A DNA stretch of 64,000 bases from positions 4,033 through 68,032 of IMG/VR virus record IMGVR_UViG_3300042304_001334. One strand, given 5' to 3'. A model generated the notes under the pieces. That model worked only from the letters and a program-made list of their open reading frames with translations, searched no databases and was not told where the DNA came from. The stretch is from a virus. Taxonomy: Duplodnaviria > Caudoviricetes. The translations under genes and the position numbers were made by a program. Shown one piece after another: positions 1 to 10,609 of the stretch (position 1 is its first letter; each line of letters starts with the position of its first letter).

Positions 1-211
1 ATTTCTTTACTTCAATATCGTTTTTATATCCACCGGCTTTAGCAGCTGCTTTGATTTCTTTTAATTTTTCACCCTTGATTTCTTCTGCCATTATGTTGAT
101 TGGATGCATGTCATAAAACTTTTTGTCATTTGTGAGATAATATCTTTCATCACCAACTTCAAGGCGAACAGTTGTGTTGTCTGTGTAAAATACTGCGTCT
201 GTAATTTTCAT
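1..211 (-). CDS. hypothetical protein, truncated by window edge
   Basis: Manual translation MKITDAVFYTDNTTVRLEVGDERYYL..., open to position 1; ATG overlaps the stop of the upstream gene (ATGA). Confidence 0.7.
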   Translation of the reverse strand, partial: MKITDAVFYTDNTTVRLEVGDERYYLTNDKKFYDMHPINIMAEEIKGEKLKEIKAAAKAGGYKNDIEVKK

Positions 212-606
212 TGTAATTCTTTTACTGCACCACTCAACTTTATTATTGTATCAATCGTTGTCCAATTTTCAATTTTATTGCTATCAAATGGTTTGCCTCC
301 ACCTTTAATATTTACAGCCAATGTGATATGCGGAATTTTATTCTTGCTATCAAATCCAACAACGCGAACAGCAACAGCCTTGTCACTGATACCAATATGT
401 GTCACATCCAGTTTATGAATAGTATCAATATATTGTTTCAAATGTTCTGGTAATGAACCCATAGATATTGTCATATGATGATTATACATTTTCCATCCAT
501 TGTCTCTCACAAGCATAGGCAAACGCACACCATTCACTTTGATATCTTCAGCAAGTTTTTCCAGCTTGAGTTGGGATTTTTCGTCCAGTAATATTGCGGA
601 ATACAT
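208..606 (-). CDS. 2H phosphoesterase (cyclic phosphodiesterase-like)
   Basis: Two HxT motifs: HHMTISMG and PHITLAVN. Confidence 0.75.
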   Translation of the reverse strand: MYSAILLDEKSQLKLEKLAEDIKVNGVRLPMLVRDNGWKMYNHHMTISMGSLPEHLKQYIDTIHKLDVTHIGISDKAVAVRVVGFDSKNKIPHITLAVNIKGGGKPFDSNKIENWTTIDTIIKLSGAVKELQ

Positions 607-612
607 ATGTTT

Positions 613-1566
613 TTATTTAGTTGATCGTAGCAGTTTGATGATTGTACTCATAAAGCAGATTTCTTTATCTACCACAGAAACATCTTGAAACTGACCATCT
701 GCTATAATAATTATAGCATCTGCTACATTATTGGATGCATATTCTTCTACCTTCTCAAACAATATAGTATAAAAATCAGAAAAACTCTTTATGCTGTTGT
801 CTGCTAATAGTTGACGAATATCTGCAAATGCTTGTTTCTTATCATCATTCTTGAGCATTTCAATTATCTTGGCTTTTATATCACCTTCCAATACATCTTC
901 ACGTGCCAATGTCAATACTCCATCAACTACATTACGCTGCGCAGTATTGATAATAGCACGAATGTCTGGATAATGAGTATTCACAAGCAATATCACACCA
1001 TCTTTGTCCATCTTTACATTTTCTTTCTTGAGAATATTTACAAGATTGGCAGCAACATCTTTCTTAGTTGGAGGATGAATAGCAAATGATTGACAGCGAG
1101 ATTGAATAGGTTCAATGATGCGTTCATGATAATTACAAGTTAAAATGAATCTTGTATGCTCACTGAATGTTTCCATTGTGTTTCTCAATCCTGCTTGAGC
1201 AGCAGGAGTAAAATAATCGGCTTCATCAAGCACAATAACCTTGAGCGGATTGAATCCAATGTTACAAGCAAAGTTCTTGATTTTGACACGAATTGTATCA
1301 ATGCCGTTTTCATCCGACGCATTGATATAAAGCATATCACACTTTATGGAGTTTGTAATAAGTTTAGCAAGAGTCGTCTTGCCAGTGCCCGCGCTACCAT
1401 ATAACAGCAAATGAGGAATATCATTGGTTTCAATATATTGTTTTACTTTGGCTTTTAGAGTTTCATTACCAACATAATCTTCCAGTTTATTGGGTCTATA
1501 TCGTTCTGCCCAAATAGTGTGGTTATTGACAGATGGTTCGGATTTTTCTTCTTCTAAAAAGTTCAT
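613..1566 (-). CDS. gp44: sliding clamp loader, RFC small subunit/T4 gp44-like
   Basis: WAERYRP, Walker A GSAGTGKT, INASDENG, Walker B VIVLDEAD, SRC motif. Confidence 0.95.
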   Translation of the reverse strand: MNFLEEEKSEPSVNNHTIWAERYRPNKLEDYVGNETLKAKVKQYIETNDIPHLLLYGSAGTGKTTLAKLITNSIKCDMLYINASDENGIDTIRVKIKNFACNIGFNPLKVIVLDEADYFTPAAQAGLRNTMETFSEHTRFILTCNYHERIIEPIQSRCQSFAIHPPTKKDVAANLVNILKKENVKMDKDGVILLVNTHYPDIRAIINTAQRNVVDGVLTLAREDVLEGDIKAKIIEMLKNDDKKQAFADIRQLLADNSIKSFSDFYTILFEKVEEYASNNVADAIIIIADGQFQDVSVVDKEICFMSTIIKLLRSTK

Positions 1567-1578
1567 GATTGTTTATTT

Positions 1579-2307
1579 TTAAGATTTTGCGGTCTTGAGC
1601 AGATAATAATTGGCTTCATATTCTGGTGTCTTGAAGTTGATATGACTGATGCCCGCTGTGTTTATCTTATATATCACGCCAGTTACATCACGGTTTCTGC
1701 TCAAGATTTCCTTGAAATAATTGGCATTGAAACTGATTTCTTTGGCTGGCTTATCTTTGCCCGCCACTGGCTTTACTTCCAATTTGATACGATTGGTGTT
1801 GTTGTCGCTGTCTCCCACAATCAACTCAACTTTGTCGCCTTTCTTGTTTAGACCCAATGTAAATGTATTAACTTCTGGCAAAGCATTTTTGGCTTTGATG
1901 AAACGATCAATGAAAGCATCATCCAACTCAATCTCCAAATCAAATACACCAAGATTTGCCACAGTTGGTGTCTTGGGAATAACTGACATATTAGCCAGAA
2001 TAATCAATGACTCTGTATTTTTATCCGCAACGGTCAAACTAACCGCACGATCATCTACTTTATTCACTGACATTTCTACTTCTTCATCCAAGATACTCAA
2101 CATCTTCTTGAATTGAGCAGTATCATGAATACCATACTCACCTTTTTCCAAAGCAATGCCATTGAATGATATATTGCCCGCCAATGTTTTATCTTCTGTA
2201 ACAATATTGGTTTTGATGTTCTTGCCATCTGCTTCAAGCTTTACGCGCTCAACTGTTCCGTTAAGATTATAAAGCTCTATGAACTTGATTAGATTTGATT
2301 TATTCAT
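1579..2307 (-). CDS. gp45: DNA sliding clamp, gp45-like
   Basis: 242 aa, between clamp loader and family B polymerase; composition compatible with a clamp. Confidence 0.65.
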   Translation of the reverse strand: MNKSNLIKFIELYNLNGTVERVKLEADGKNIKTNIVTEDKTLAGNISFNGIALEKGEYGIHDTAQFKKMLSILDEEVEMSVNKVDDRAVSLTVADKNTESLIILANMSVIPKTPTVANLGVFDLEIELDDAFIDRFIKAKNALPEVNTFTLGLNKKGDKVELIVGDSDNNTNRIKLEVKPVAGKDKPAKEISFNANYFKEILSRNRDVTGVIYKINTAGISHINFKTPEYEANYYLLKTAKS

Positions 2308-2318
2308 TGTAGGTTATT

Positions 2319-2347
2319 ATATTGTCTGTTTATTTGGTATTTGTCAA
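2319..2347 (-). promoter_or_regulatory. sigma70-like promoter TTGACA-N17-CAATAT
   Basis: -35 at 2342-2347, -10 at 2319-2324, 11 nt before the clamp ATG. Confidence 0.6.
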
Positions 2348-2352
2348 TAGTA

Positions 2353-4863
2353 TTAGAAACTAAAAAACTGTTCAATCGTTGCGTTATTTTCACTATACAT
2401 ATCCCATCTCATGGCAGTGTAAAAATCTGTTAGTTTGCCCTCAAGTTCAGCATCCCAAATCTTGGTGCGATGAATGTATTTATGAATAAAATCCATAATA
2501 ACTTTGGGATCTTTGCCATCGTCCTTGAATGCTATGCCACTCAAACCAAATGGATTTTCTTTGAGATATACCCACTTGATTTTACCACCATGTAAAATAG
2601 GTTCTGTATCATTTAGTTCATATTTACGTAGCATATCATTATATGCCAATGCTGCTTTACATTGAGCAGTTGATCCACCTTCAAAGTTAAATGGTTCGCG
2701 ATGTTTTGGATCAAAGTTTATTTTGGCTTCTGTATTGGATATAAACTTGACCGATGTGTTCTTGGCAATATCTTCCAGTTCAAAGTCTTTCATTGTATCT
2801 TTGAAAGTTACAATCTTGGCATTGACTATTTTGTTTGGAGTACCTTGAAGAATATCTGTCAAAATACCTTTCATGAAATCACGAAACTTCTTTGGATATG
2901 ATGAACGAACAACATCAAGACCTTTGATTTCAATTTCATCCACGTCTTTACTTTCTTCCATGTTGTATACCTTACGCATAGCATAACGCTTTTTCACAAC
3001 CCAAAAAGCAGATTGTGCTACAACATCGGCTGCGATTTTGATGCGATTGTCGGTGCTGTTGAACATACGCACCATCATAACTTTATAGAAATCGTTAAGT
3101 TCATCTGACACGGTTCCAATGGTCTGAATCGCAAATGGTTTTACATCTTTAATATTTTCATGATCGGACAAAGACTTTATGTCCAAATACAATGAGTCGG
3201 TGTCTATGTAAATAACATAATCTTTATCTTTGGTACTGCAACGCTTGTTGAACTTGCCATTCACATACTTGGCACTGGTCTTGATGATTTCTTGACCAGT
3301 CAATGTCACCGCAGCAGCATTGTCCAAGTCGTAAAAACGAAATATGCTCAAACCCAGCACACCATACAACGAGTTGAGCAAAATCTTTTGTACATGTTGA
3401 CGACGCTTCCAAAAAACATATTGTTCTTTATCTTTGCGCGTACTGGCATCTTTCATCTTGGTTTTATATTCTACACGCTCGGCAAACCATGTTTTGAGAA
3501 TGTCTGGAATACAACCAAGTTTACTTTGGTCATATACAATACCATTGGCACTAACTGACAGATTATTATCTACAATGATTTTACCAAAATCTTCGTAGGT
3601 ATAAACTTCATTATCAAATGCGATTTTATCACCGGATTTTTTGACCAACTTTTCACTATCCCAATCTTTGATTATGCCCACTTTAGTTTCTGGACTAATG
3701 TTGAGACTCATGATCACAGATGGATACAGAGAATTGATGTCAGCAGAACATACCCAATCATAACGACCAGGCACAGGATCTTTTACATACGCACCCTCAA
3801 ACCCAACATCGTCAGCCAAATCATCATCCCTATCCACAACGTCCAATTTCAATTTTTTGTTTGGAGCAATCAATTTCTTACGACGCAGATATGTCAACAA
3901 CGCACCTTCAAGAAACTTGGAAGACATACCAAACTCTTCATAACCCACATGACAAACATGACATATGCTCATTGCCAACTCAATAAATTGAAGTTGGTCA
4001 TTCATCTTCTTGACCAGAATAATATCATGAAGATTATATTCGATGAACTTCTTTATATCACTCTTCATGAGGTCGTTCAACGAACCTTCATATTGAATCT
4101 TACCAATTTTTAGTTCTTCTTTAGCAACTGTATCTAGTCGATAGTTGGTTAAATTCTTGCCGCTATATTTCTTATATAATACAAGATAATCCAGTGCATT
4201 AACACCAGCAATGGTCATCTTATTTTTATATTTATTGAAATAACAAATATTGATTGGACTCAAAGCATTTGCTGCTTCTTCACCCAATACTCTAACCAAA
4301 CGAGCATGCAGATATGGAAAGTCAAATCCGTCAATGTTCCAGCCACTTACAATAGTTGGCTTAACTTCATCCCACTTTTTTAAGAATGCAACAAGCAAAT
4401 CTTCTTCATTTAGATATGGCAAAATGATGGTGTTGTCTTTATTTTCATTTTGTACCACACCATCTTTGTCCAATATAAAACAATAATATGTGTCTTTAAT
4501 TTCATCAAGTAGAGCAATAGCAGTTACTTCTTTGATTGGATCTTCTATGTTTGGATAGCCACCAACTGAATCAACTTCGATATCAATATATGCTCTGCGA
4601 TGATTTATACTAACTTCATCACTATCAGCATATGCATCAATAAGAACTCTGGTATCTACAGGTATATCAGAAGAAAATAAAGTAGGATCGCGAAAATTAA
4701 ATTTTGTAATTCTTTCAAGACTATCACCAAAAATTGATTTATACTTTCCATTCCTAGATTTTCTATAAGCATATGGTTCGTCTTTGAACGATGTATAACC
4801 ATGAATGTCATCCCAGAGGTGGATCGTAGAAGTTTTTCTATCGCAGTAAATGGATTGGTACAT
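2353..4863 (-). CDS. gp43: family B DNA polymerase
   Basis: Exonuclease motifs DIEVD, GWNIDGFD, YNLHD; polymerase motifs DINSLYPS, KILLNSLYG, YIDTDS, KKRYA. Confidence 0.97.
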   Translation of the reverse strand: MYQSIYCDRKTSTIHLWDDIHGYTSFKDEPYAYRKSRNGKYKSIFGDSLERITKFNFRDPTLFSSDIPVDTRVLIDAYADSDEVSINHRRAYIDIEVDSVGGYPNIEDPIKEVTAIALLDEIKDTYYCFILDKDGVVQNENKDNTIILPYLNEEDLLVAFLKKWDEVKPTIVSGWNIDGFDFPYLHARLVRVLGEEAANALSPINICYFNKYKNKMTIAGVNALDYLVLYKKYSGKNLTNYRLDTVAKEELKIGKIQYEGSLNDLMKSDIKKFIEYNLHDIILVKKMNDQLQFIELAMSICHVCHVGYEEFGMSSKFLEGALLTYLRRKKLIAPNKKLKLDVVDRDDDLADDVGFEGAYVKDPVPGRYDWVCSADINSLYPSVIMSLNISPETKVGIIKDWDSEKLVKKSGDKIAFDNEVYTYEDFGKIIVDNNLSVSANGIVYDQSKLGCIPDILKTWFAERVEYKTKMKDASTRKDKEQYVFWKRRQHVQKILLNSLYGVLGLSIFRFYDLDNAAAVTLTGQEIIKTSAKYVNGKFNKRCSTKDKDYVIYIDTDSLYLDIKSLSDHENIKDVKPFAIQTIGTVSDELNDFYKVMMVRMFNSTDNRIKIAADVVAQSAFWVVKKRYAMRKVYNMEESKDVDEIEIKGLDVVRSSYPKKFRDFMKGILTDILQGTPNKIVNAKIVTFKDTMKDFELEDIAKNTSVKFISNTEAKINFDPKHREPFNFEGGSTAQCKAALAYNDMLRKYELNDTEPILHGGKIKWVYLKENPFGLSGIAFKDDGKDPKVIMDFIHKYIHRTKIWDAELEGKLTDFYTAMRWDMYSENNATIEQFFSF

Positions 4864-4871
4864 TGCAAATT

Positions 4872-4900
4872 ATATTGCCAGAACCAGCAAAGATTGTCAA
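4872..4900 (-). promoter_or_regulatory. sigma70-like promoter TTGACA-N17-CAATAT
   Basis: -35 at 4895-4900, -10 at 4872-4877, 8 nt before the polymerase ATG. Confidence 0.65.
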
Positions 4901-4903
4901 TAA

Positions 4904-5353
4904 TCAAATCGTAACAACACTATCAAAACCTTCTGACTTGGTTGGACCAAACAACTTGCTGGCTTGTTTGTCAATGACCCATTCTGGTACTTTGCGTTCA
5001 CGTTTGTTGTTTTGTGCTTTACAATCACTCACAGGAGTATCAATAAAATATGCTCTTATTTCAGCATTGTTTGATTTGCCAATATCAATCCAATCTTTGC
5101 GTTCTTTGATATTAAGACTTGTGGCATCAATAATAGTATTCTTACCTTGTGATAGATAATCATTTACACGCTTTCTTGCAACCTCAAATACTCGTCCATT
5201 TTGACTTTGATCTTCGGCATTTCCAGTCAGTTCCACACGAATTGCATCAGTTTCCACCAACTCTGCTTTGAGTGATGTTTTCAAGCCATTTGCATAAGTA
5301 CTTTTGCCCGATCCGCTGATGCCGACCATGACTGCTAATATAGGTTTGTTCAT
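4904..5353 (-). CDS. P-loop kinase (polynucleotide kinase/AAA_33-like)
   Basis: GISGSGKST, TDAIR, IIDATSL, RERKVPEWVI. Confidence 0.85.
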   Translation of the reverse strand: MNKPILAVMVGISGSGKSTYANGLKTSLKAELVETDAIRVELTGNAEDQSQNGRVFEVARKRVNDYLSQGKNTIIDATSLNIKERKDWIDIGKSNNAEIRAYFIDTPVSDCKAQNNKRERKVPEWVIDKQASKLFGPTKSEGFDSVVTI

Positions 5354-5359
5354 ACACTC

Positions 5360-5387
5360 AAATTATTCAGTTTTTTTATTTAGTCAA
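5360..5387 (-). promoter_or_regulatory. sigma70-like promoter TTGACT-N16-TAATTT, likely leaderless
   Basis: -10 lies 6 nt before the ATG at 5353. Confidence 0.6.
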
Positions 5388-6175
5388 ATATTTTGAGCGG
5401 ATTTTTTCAATTCCAACCTAATATTATTAAGCGCGTCTCGGTTGTCCGCGTGCCATTTTCTTGAACCACCGTGTTTATGATCAAACTTATCCCAAATATC
5501 TTTTGGAATTTTTTCAAAGACTTCGCAACGATACGATTCCCAAAAAAGTTGCCACGAGACATCGGCCAATACATTCAACGTCGTTGGTGCAACAATTTGC
5601 CCTGTTTTGGGGTCTACCTTATGGGCGATTGCCAAATTCATGATATTTGTTGATGGTGTTGCTGAGAATCGCAAATCCATATTGCCGAAAGATAGTTTGC
5701 GGTCGTTTATGAATTTTCTCTCAAATAACAGAATCCACGATGCTGTTCTAGGTAAACAAAACCGATAGTTTCCGTCCTTTGCGTAATGATCGAAATGTGG
5801 AGCAAAATGTCTGTCATCAATTCTTCCGAACACTTTATTACTTGTGGTGTTTATTGTATTTTCTATCCATTCAAATACGCCTTTATCTAACACTTTAACG
5901 TCAGAATCCAAATGCAATACCCAATCGGCAGTGGAATACTTCAACAATTCTTCAATTGCTTGACTATGTGTAAGTATTCTACCGTCGTCAATCAAATTGA
6001 ATCCAAGTTCATTTTTTCTGGAATGTAGGTATTCTTTTGTACCGTCGAGTTCCGATGCTTTACTGTCATATACACGTACCTTCCAATTGGGCCTCAATGG
6101 AAACCATGTTTCCAGACATTCTTTCACAATCGGTAAGTTGCCGTAGGTAGCACTGATAATATCAATAGTTTTCAT
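5384..6175 (-). CDS. GT-A fold glycosyltransferase (GT2-like)
   Basis: N-terminal IDIISATY, DxD motif HLDSD. Confidence 0.7.
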   Translation of the reverse strand: MKTIDIISATYGNLPIVKECLETWFPLRPNWKVRVYDSKASELDGTKEYLHSRKNELGFNLIDDGRILTHSQAIEELLKYSTADWVLHLDSDVKVLDKGVFEWIENTINTTSNKVFGRIDDRHFAPHFDHYAKDGNYRFCLPRTASWILLFERKFINDRKLSFGNMDLRFSATPSTNIMNLAIAHKVDPKTGQIVAPTTLNVLADVSWQLFWESYRCEVFEKIPKDIWDKFDHKHGGSRKWHADNRDALNNIRLELKKSAQNI

Positions 6176-6198
6176 ATATAATTTTTAATTTTATTTGG

Positions 6199-6951
6199 CT
6201 AAATATTATGAGACTTCTGACGTATTTTTTTAATTTTGTTGTTTCCGTGTATTGTCAGTTTGACGGGATACTTATTGTTCTGGTTCAAAATGAATTTTGC
6301 GATGTCCGTATCAAGCAAATAGCAGTTTGGTATTATACAATGCCCACCTATCTTACCGTCGCGATGGTTCAAGACATATTTGCTATATTGCGGAAATCCC
6401 AACTTCTTGTATCCCTCATTATATGTTTGATTGCACTTGGTATATACCACATCAAAGTCCAAATCGTGCTTTTTGCAATAAGTCCATATCTCTTTTTCGG
6501 CAATGACGTTTAGTCCATACAAGGTTGTGCAATATAGTTTCATAACTTCCAGTGTTTCACGTTTATCAACTTCTTCAATCGGTATGCCTACATGGGTGAA
6601 GTAATTTTTGAGATATCTATTTTTTGGTGCAAAATATTTTACAAACGTCTTCAAACTTTCTTCCAAATGTGGATGTACGCCTCTTACTGGAGAATAATAT
6701 GCATTACATTTATTGGAAGTTCCAATGGGAACTGTCGAATGAATAATGGTGTATTTTGGCTTGTACCATTTTTGATACTTCTTTACTTCTCGCACAAACT
6801 TTTTGCTGTATGGGAAGCATACGTGCATAACATGTGCCGATTGTATATCTGGTATCAATTCCACGTCCCTAACGTATACTTCGTATTTTTTACTCAACAC
6901 CTTCTCAAGAGATTTTCCTATTTCTCCATAGCCAATTATTAAAGTTTTCAT
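6199..6951 (-). CDS. nucleotide-sugar dehydrogenase-like (UDP-glucose/GDP-mannose dehydrogenase family, short form)
   Basis: Rossmann IIGYGEIG, HSTVPIGT, catalytic GGHCI. Confidence 0.8.
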   Translation of the reverse strand: MKTLIIGYGEIGKSLEKVLSKKYEVYVRDVELIPDIQSAHVMHVCFPYSKKFVREVKKYQKWYKPKYTIIHSTVPIGTSNKCNAYYSPVRGVHPHLEESLKTFVKYFAPKNRYLKNYFTHVGIPIEEVDKRETLEVMKLYCTTLYGLNVIAEKEIWTYCKKHDLDFDVVYTKCNQTYNEGYKKLGFPQYSKYVLNHRDGKIGGHCIIPNCYLLDTDIAKFILNQNNKYPVKLTIHGNNKIKKIRQKSHNI

Positions 6952-7021
6952 AATATTTTTTAGATGCGCGACGTATATACTCTACTAATATTTTATTTTT
7001 TTCTTGGGATTAAAATTTTGT

Positions 7022-7654
7022 TCACATCTTTATATCAGTAGGCCCGATCTTTTTGTCATTGGACTTTATTTTTGACAATTTATTATTGTCATGAATGATC
7101 AATTTAACAAATCCAGTCCCCAAACTGAACACATTGGGGACTATGATTGGGAACTTCGAGTGTTGTTCTTGAAGAATATTCTTTGATACATTTTTTTGAC
7201 ACAATGATAAAAACATGGATGTGGATGTTGGCTTATATGTTCCGGAAAAATATTCTACCATAGTATAAAAATTTAACTTCGTCGGCTGCGCATGAATAAG
7301 AAATTCATCGTGGTTTTTTATTTCCCTATCATACATATCGTGTATTGCTTCTATGTAATTTGGATACATGAAATCGTCACAATCATGTCTGGTTTGAATA
7401 TTGTATTTTTCTCTCACGACATACTCTTTAAATCCGGTCAATTTCAAGTCCAAATCTACATCACTTCCACTAAATTGTTCTCGTATTAACTCTAGGTGAT
7501 GTGGAAGTTCTTTGTTTGTGTGTATAAATAATTTAAAGTCTTTGCACGATTGGTTTATAACGGATGGTATATATGCTCGTTTCATCACTTCAAAATATTT
7601 TTGAAACAAAAACTCGTCTTTAAAATTACATCTCGTTATTATGATGTGTTTCAT
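7022..7654 (-). CDS. putative glycosyltransferase
   Basis: HIIITR, PSVINQS.KDF, TRHDCDD motif. Confidence 0.65.
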   Translation of the reverse strand: MKHIIITRCNFKDEFLFQKYFEVMKRAYIPSVINQSCKDFKLFIHTNKELPHHLELIREQFSGSDVDLDLKLTGFKEYVVREKYNIQTRHDCDDFMYPNYIEAIHDMYDREIKNHDEFLIHAQPTKLNFYTMVEYFSGTYKPTSTSMFLSLCQKNVSKNILQEQHSKFPIIVPNVFSLGTGFVKLIIHDNNKLSKIKSNDKKIGPTDIKM

Positions 7655-7714
7655 ATATTTTTGTTTTGGTTGGTAATAAACGTCTCTAATCGGTTTTTTA
7701 TAAATTATAATTTT

Positions 7715-8821
7715 TCATTGCAACGATTCTTTTTTTCTAAAGGTTAAATATTTTTTCCAATCGGATAGAAAGGCGTCTTCGTCGCGATTCTCAAAATATC
7801 CCAGTATTTGATCGTAAGTTGACTTTTTTGATATTCCTCGCAATTCTATTATTCTATTATTATTTAGAATGACATTTGTATTCAAATCTATTCTCTCTAA
7901 TATTTTATGGCGAGTGTTGTAACCTCTGTTGTCTCTGTCTCCATGCCATTCATGAATAAATGACCCACTTATATAAGAAACATCTTCCGGTTTAATGTAA
8001 GACATTATTTTTTTCTTCCAATTAATATATTCCAAAAATGTCGAATTTTCTCCGATATTTAAATGTTCATACGACGCACCAGAAAAATCAAATCCAAATA
8101 TCGTATAAATAAACACAGTATCTCCTCCACCCATTATTGCGTATGGATACAATCCGCCCCATTTCCACAAATTTCTATTAGCCCCCCATGCGCCACCGGG
8201 ATGTCCCGGATGATGATACCAATCCACCATCGAAACTTTACCATGCATAGACATCAAACTGGGATGAATTCTGTCTATCCTTCCAAAACGATCTGTACCG
8301 ATTCCTTTATCATACATCTGAACCAATTTAAATGTGTTCAATTTTTCAGATGTATCATTGTACCAATTCGTATTCGTAAAAGAAAAGTCCGGGTCAATCC
8401 ATGCTATTTTTTTGTATTTTGTTGGGACTAATTTTTCTGCCAGATTTATACACGCTTCTTTTTGAAAACATATATTTTTTTTATCAACTCGGATATGCTT
8501 CCAACCGACTCTGCCTGTGGTCTCGAATCTATCATTCAATGATAGTTCCACTCCATATACAGGATATCCCAATATATCCATCTGCCGTAGAAATCTATTA
8601 AAATTTCTCGTTGGATTCATAAATCCACACCAATTAAAATAACATGTAATGATCGCCATATCTTTTTCTTCACTATATCCGTGGGTATTATCCGTCTGTG
8701 GGTTCATTGTTGGTAAAATTACAGTGATATCTTCTTCAGAGATTTGACTACACAAATCCAATTCCAAATTTGGTCGAATAGGATATTGATGAATGTCTTC
8801 ATTAAATTCGTAATCATTCAT
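7715..8821 (-). CDS. putative glycosyltransferase
   Basis: QKEACINLA, AWIDPD (DxD), GGGD, HEWHG. Confidence 0.65.
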   Translation of the reverse strand: MNDYEFNEDIHQYPIRPNLELDLCSQISEEDITVILPTMNPQTDNTHGYSEEKDMAIITCYFNWCGFMNPTRNFNRFLRQMDILGYPVYGVELSLNDRFETTGRVGWKHIRVDKKNICFQKEACINLAEKLVPTKYKKIAWIDPDFSFTNTNWYNDTSEKLNTFKLVQMYDKGIGTDRFGRIDRIHPSLMSMHGKVSMVDWYHHPGHPGGAWGANRNLWKWGGLYPYAIMGGGDTVFIYTIFGFDFSGASYEHLNIGENSTFLEYINWKKKIMSYIKPEDVSYISGSFIHEWHGDRDNRGYNTRHKILERIDLNTNVILNNNRIIELRGISKKSTYDQILGYFENRDEDAFLSDWKKYLTFRKKESLQ

Positions 8822-9582
8822 ACAACTATTAAATTAGAAACAAATACTTCTGGTTTGTTTGGGTTTTTCCATTTCTGGTTTATTCGGTTTTCAATTATGA
8901 TTTTTCCATATCTGCTTCTCAACTTGGAATTTAATCCTGTTTCTGGTAGTCTTGTAATATTATTATTATGATATCTTCTATAAAAGAGTGGAACATCCAT
9001 ATGTTGTATATTATTGCCTTGCCCTTCGTATCTTTCCGCAAACTCGGCATCTGCTCCACATTTCCACCCAAAAAATCCATTCATTTCGTAAAACTTATTC
9101 TTTTTTATCAAGAATGATGCATGAGCATATATCTTGGATAATGATAGTTTATCTTGGGTTTTATATCCATTCTCATTTTCAAAATTATAAAATTTGAATT
9201 TAAGCAATTCTTTGCCCTCAAAATTTTCCATCAATATTTGTATTGTATTGGCCATCATGATATCATCAGAATCGAAAAATAGAAGATTATCATATTTTGC
9301 TTTGTTGGCAATAGAATTCCGAATTATATAAGGTCCAACATTCTTTGGAAAATAATATATTTTTATATTCTTATTTTTAAACAATGTGTTTGAATCAACT
9401 AGCTGAAGAGTTTTGTAGCAGTTGTCTATACCAATTAGTATTTCATATTTGCAACATTTGTTTGATGATGAAACTATTGAATGTATGCACTCTTCCAAAA
9501 AATGCACATTATTATATGTTGGAATCAATATAGAAACTTTATGTGATATATCATCAGATATATTTTGTAACCATTTTATCAT
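8818..9582 (-). CDS. glycosyltransferase family 2
   Basis: VSILIPTYN, NVGPYIIRN, FFDSDD, GAD.EF, FYRRYH. Confidence 0.9.
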   Translation of the reverse strand: MIKWLQNISDDISHKVSILIPTYNNVHFLEECIHSIVSSSNKCCKYEILIGIDNCYKTLQLVDSNTLFKNKNIKIYYFPKNVGPYIIRNSIANKAKYDNLLFFDSDDIMMANTIQILMENFEGKELLKFKFYNFENENGYKTQDKLSLSKIYAHASFLIKKNKFYEMNGFFGWKCGADAEFAERYEGQGNNIQHMDVPLFYRRYHNNNITRLPETGLNSKLRSRYGKIIIENRINQKWKNPNKPEVFVSNLIVV

Positions 9583-9593
9583 ATATTTAAAAA

Positions 9594-10349
9594 TTATACA
9601 GACCAGTTGATTGTTGGCGTTGCCGTGATTGTAGGCGTGACTGTTGGCGTTGCCGTGATTGTAGGCGTGACTGTTGGCGTAATGGATTTGGTTGGGGTTG
9701 CCGTGACTGTTGGCGTAATGGTTGTTGTCGGCGTTTTTGTAATTGTTGGAGTTGGAGTCGTTGGCGTTTTTGTAATTGTTTGAGTCGGAGTTCTGGTAGG
9801 AAATGCGGTCGGGGTTGGAGTGGCTGTGTATGGATTTAATTGAGTCGAAGTTGTTGTCGGGGTTGCCGTCATTGTCCTGGTGGGCGTGTGCGTAGGAGTA
9901 TTTGTTGGCGTAATGGACGTTGTTATTGTTAATGAAGGAGACGTAGTTGGTGTTTGCGTTAGTACGAATGTTGCAGTAACAGTTGGAGTAACAGTTGGAG
10001 TAACAGTTGCCGTGGGCGTTGTTGTTGGAGTTGGACTAAATTGAGGATAAAATGGGCTTTTTTTACTCAATAGTTTCCATCCTGTATTATAGACTTGCTC
10101 TGTGGTCTTTACATACAAGTATGTTCCCAACTCTATGTTTTCCAGCAATTCGATATCTTGTGCTGTACGCATTGAAAATGGTCCATAAAAATAGGAGAAA
10201 TAAACGTCGTCCCATCCAATAGCATCTGAGCCAGAGTTGTTGATCTTATAAAAAGAACCAGTTTTAAAGAATAACGCATTTAATGGAGCATTTAATATAC
10301 CTTCTGGATTTCCGTCTGGTGGGGGTGCTTTGTTTATTACAAGACTCAT
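9594..10349 (-). CDS. Thr/Pro-rich low-complexity protein
   Basis: C-terminal ~145 aa of TPTxT repeats. Confidence 0.75.
   Translation of the reverse strand: MSLVINKAPPPDGNPEGILNAPLNALFFKTGSFYKINNSGSDAIGWDDVYFSYFYGPFSMRTAQDIELLENIELGTYLYVKTTEQVYNTGWKLLSKKSPFYPQFSPTPTTTPTATVTPTVTPTVTATFVLTQTPTTSPSLTITTSITPTNTPTHTPTRTMTATPTTTSTQLNPYTATPTPTAFPTRTPTQTITKTPTTPTPTITKTPTTTITPTVTATPTKSITPTVTPTITATPTVTPTITATPTINWSV
9611..10038. repeat. coding low-complexity repeats ([10 protein letters not shown] units)
   Basis: Near-exact 30-nt units tgttggcgttgccgtgattgtaggcgtgac around 9612-9680, degenerate copies beyond. Confidence 0.8.
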
Positions 10350-10609
10350 ATGTGCGTGCTTATAATTATCACTTTGTCATCAAAAAATTCGTATATATCA
10401 CCATCAAACTGATATAGTTGTGTCAATTTGTTCCATTTACCACAATGTGGACAATTTATGGCTCTACGCTTTTCATTTGAAGTTTTGAATAAATGTTGAA
10501 TTCTAAATGATAAATTGCAGTTTCCACAAAGAATACTTGGTTTATGGTCTGACCCAGAGAAATATCTTCCCATACATATTTCATCATGATTGACATATAT
10601 CTTAATCAT
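10346..10609 (-). CDS. small zinc-ribbon protein
   Basis: CGNC and CPHC pairs. Confidence 0.65.
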   Translation of the reverse strand: MIKIYVNHDEICMGRYFSGSDHKPSILCGNCNLSFRIQHLFKTSNEKRRAINCPHCGKWNKLTQLYQFDGDIYEFFDDKVIIISTHI

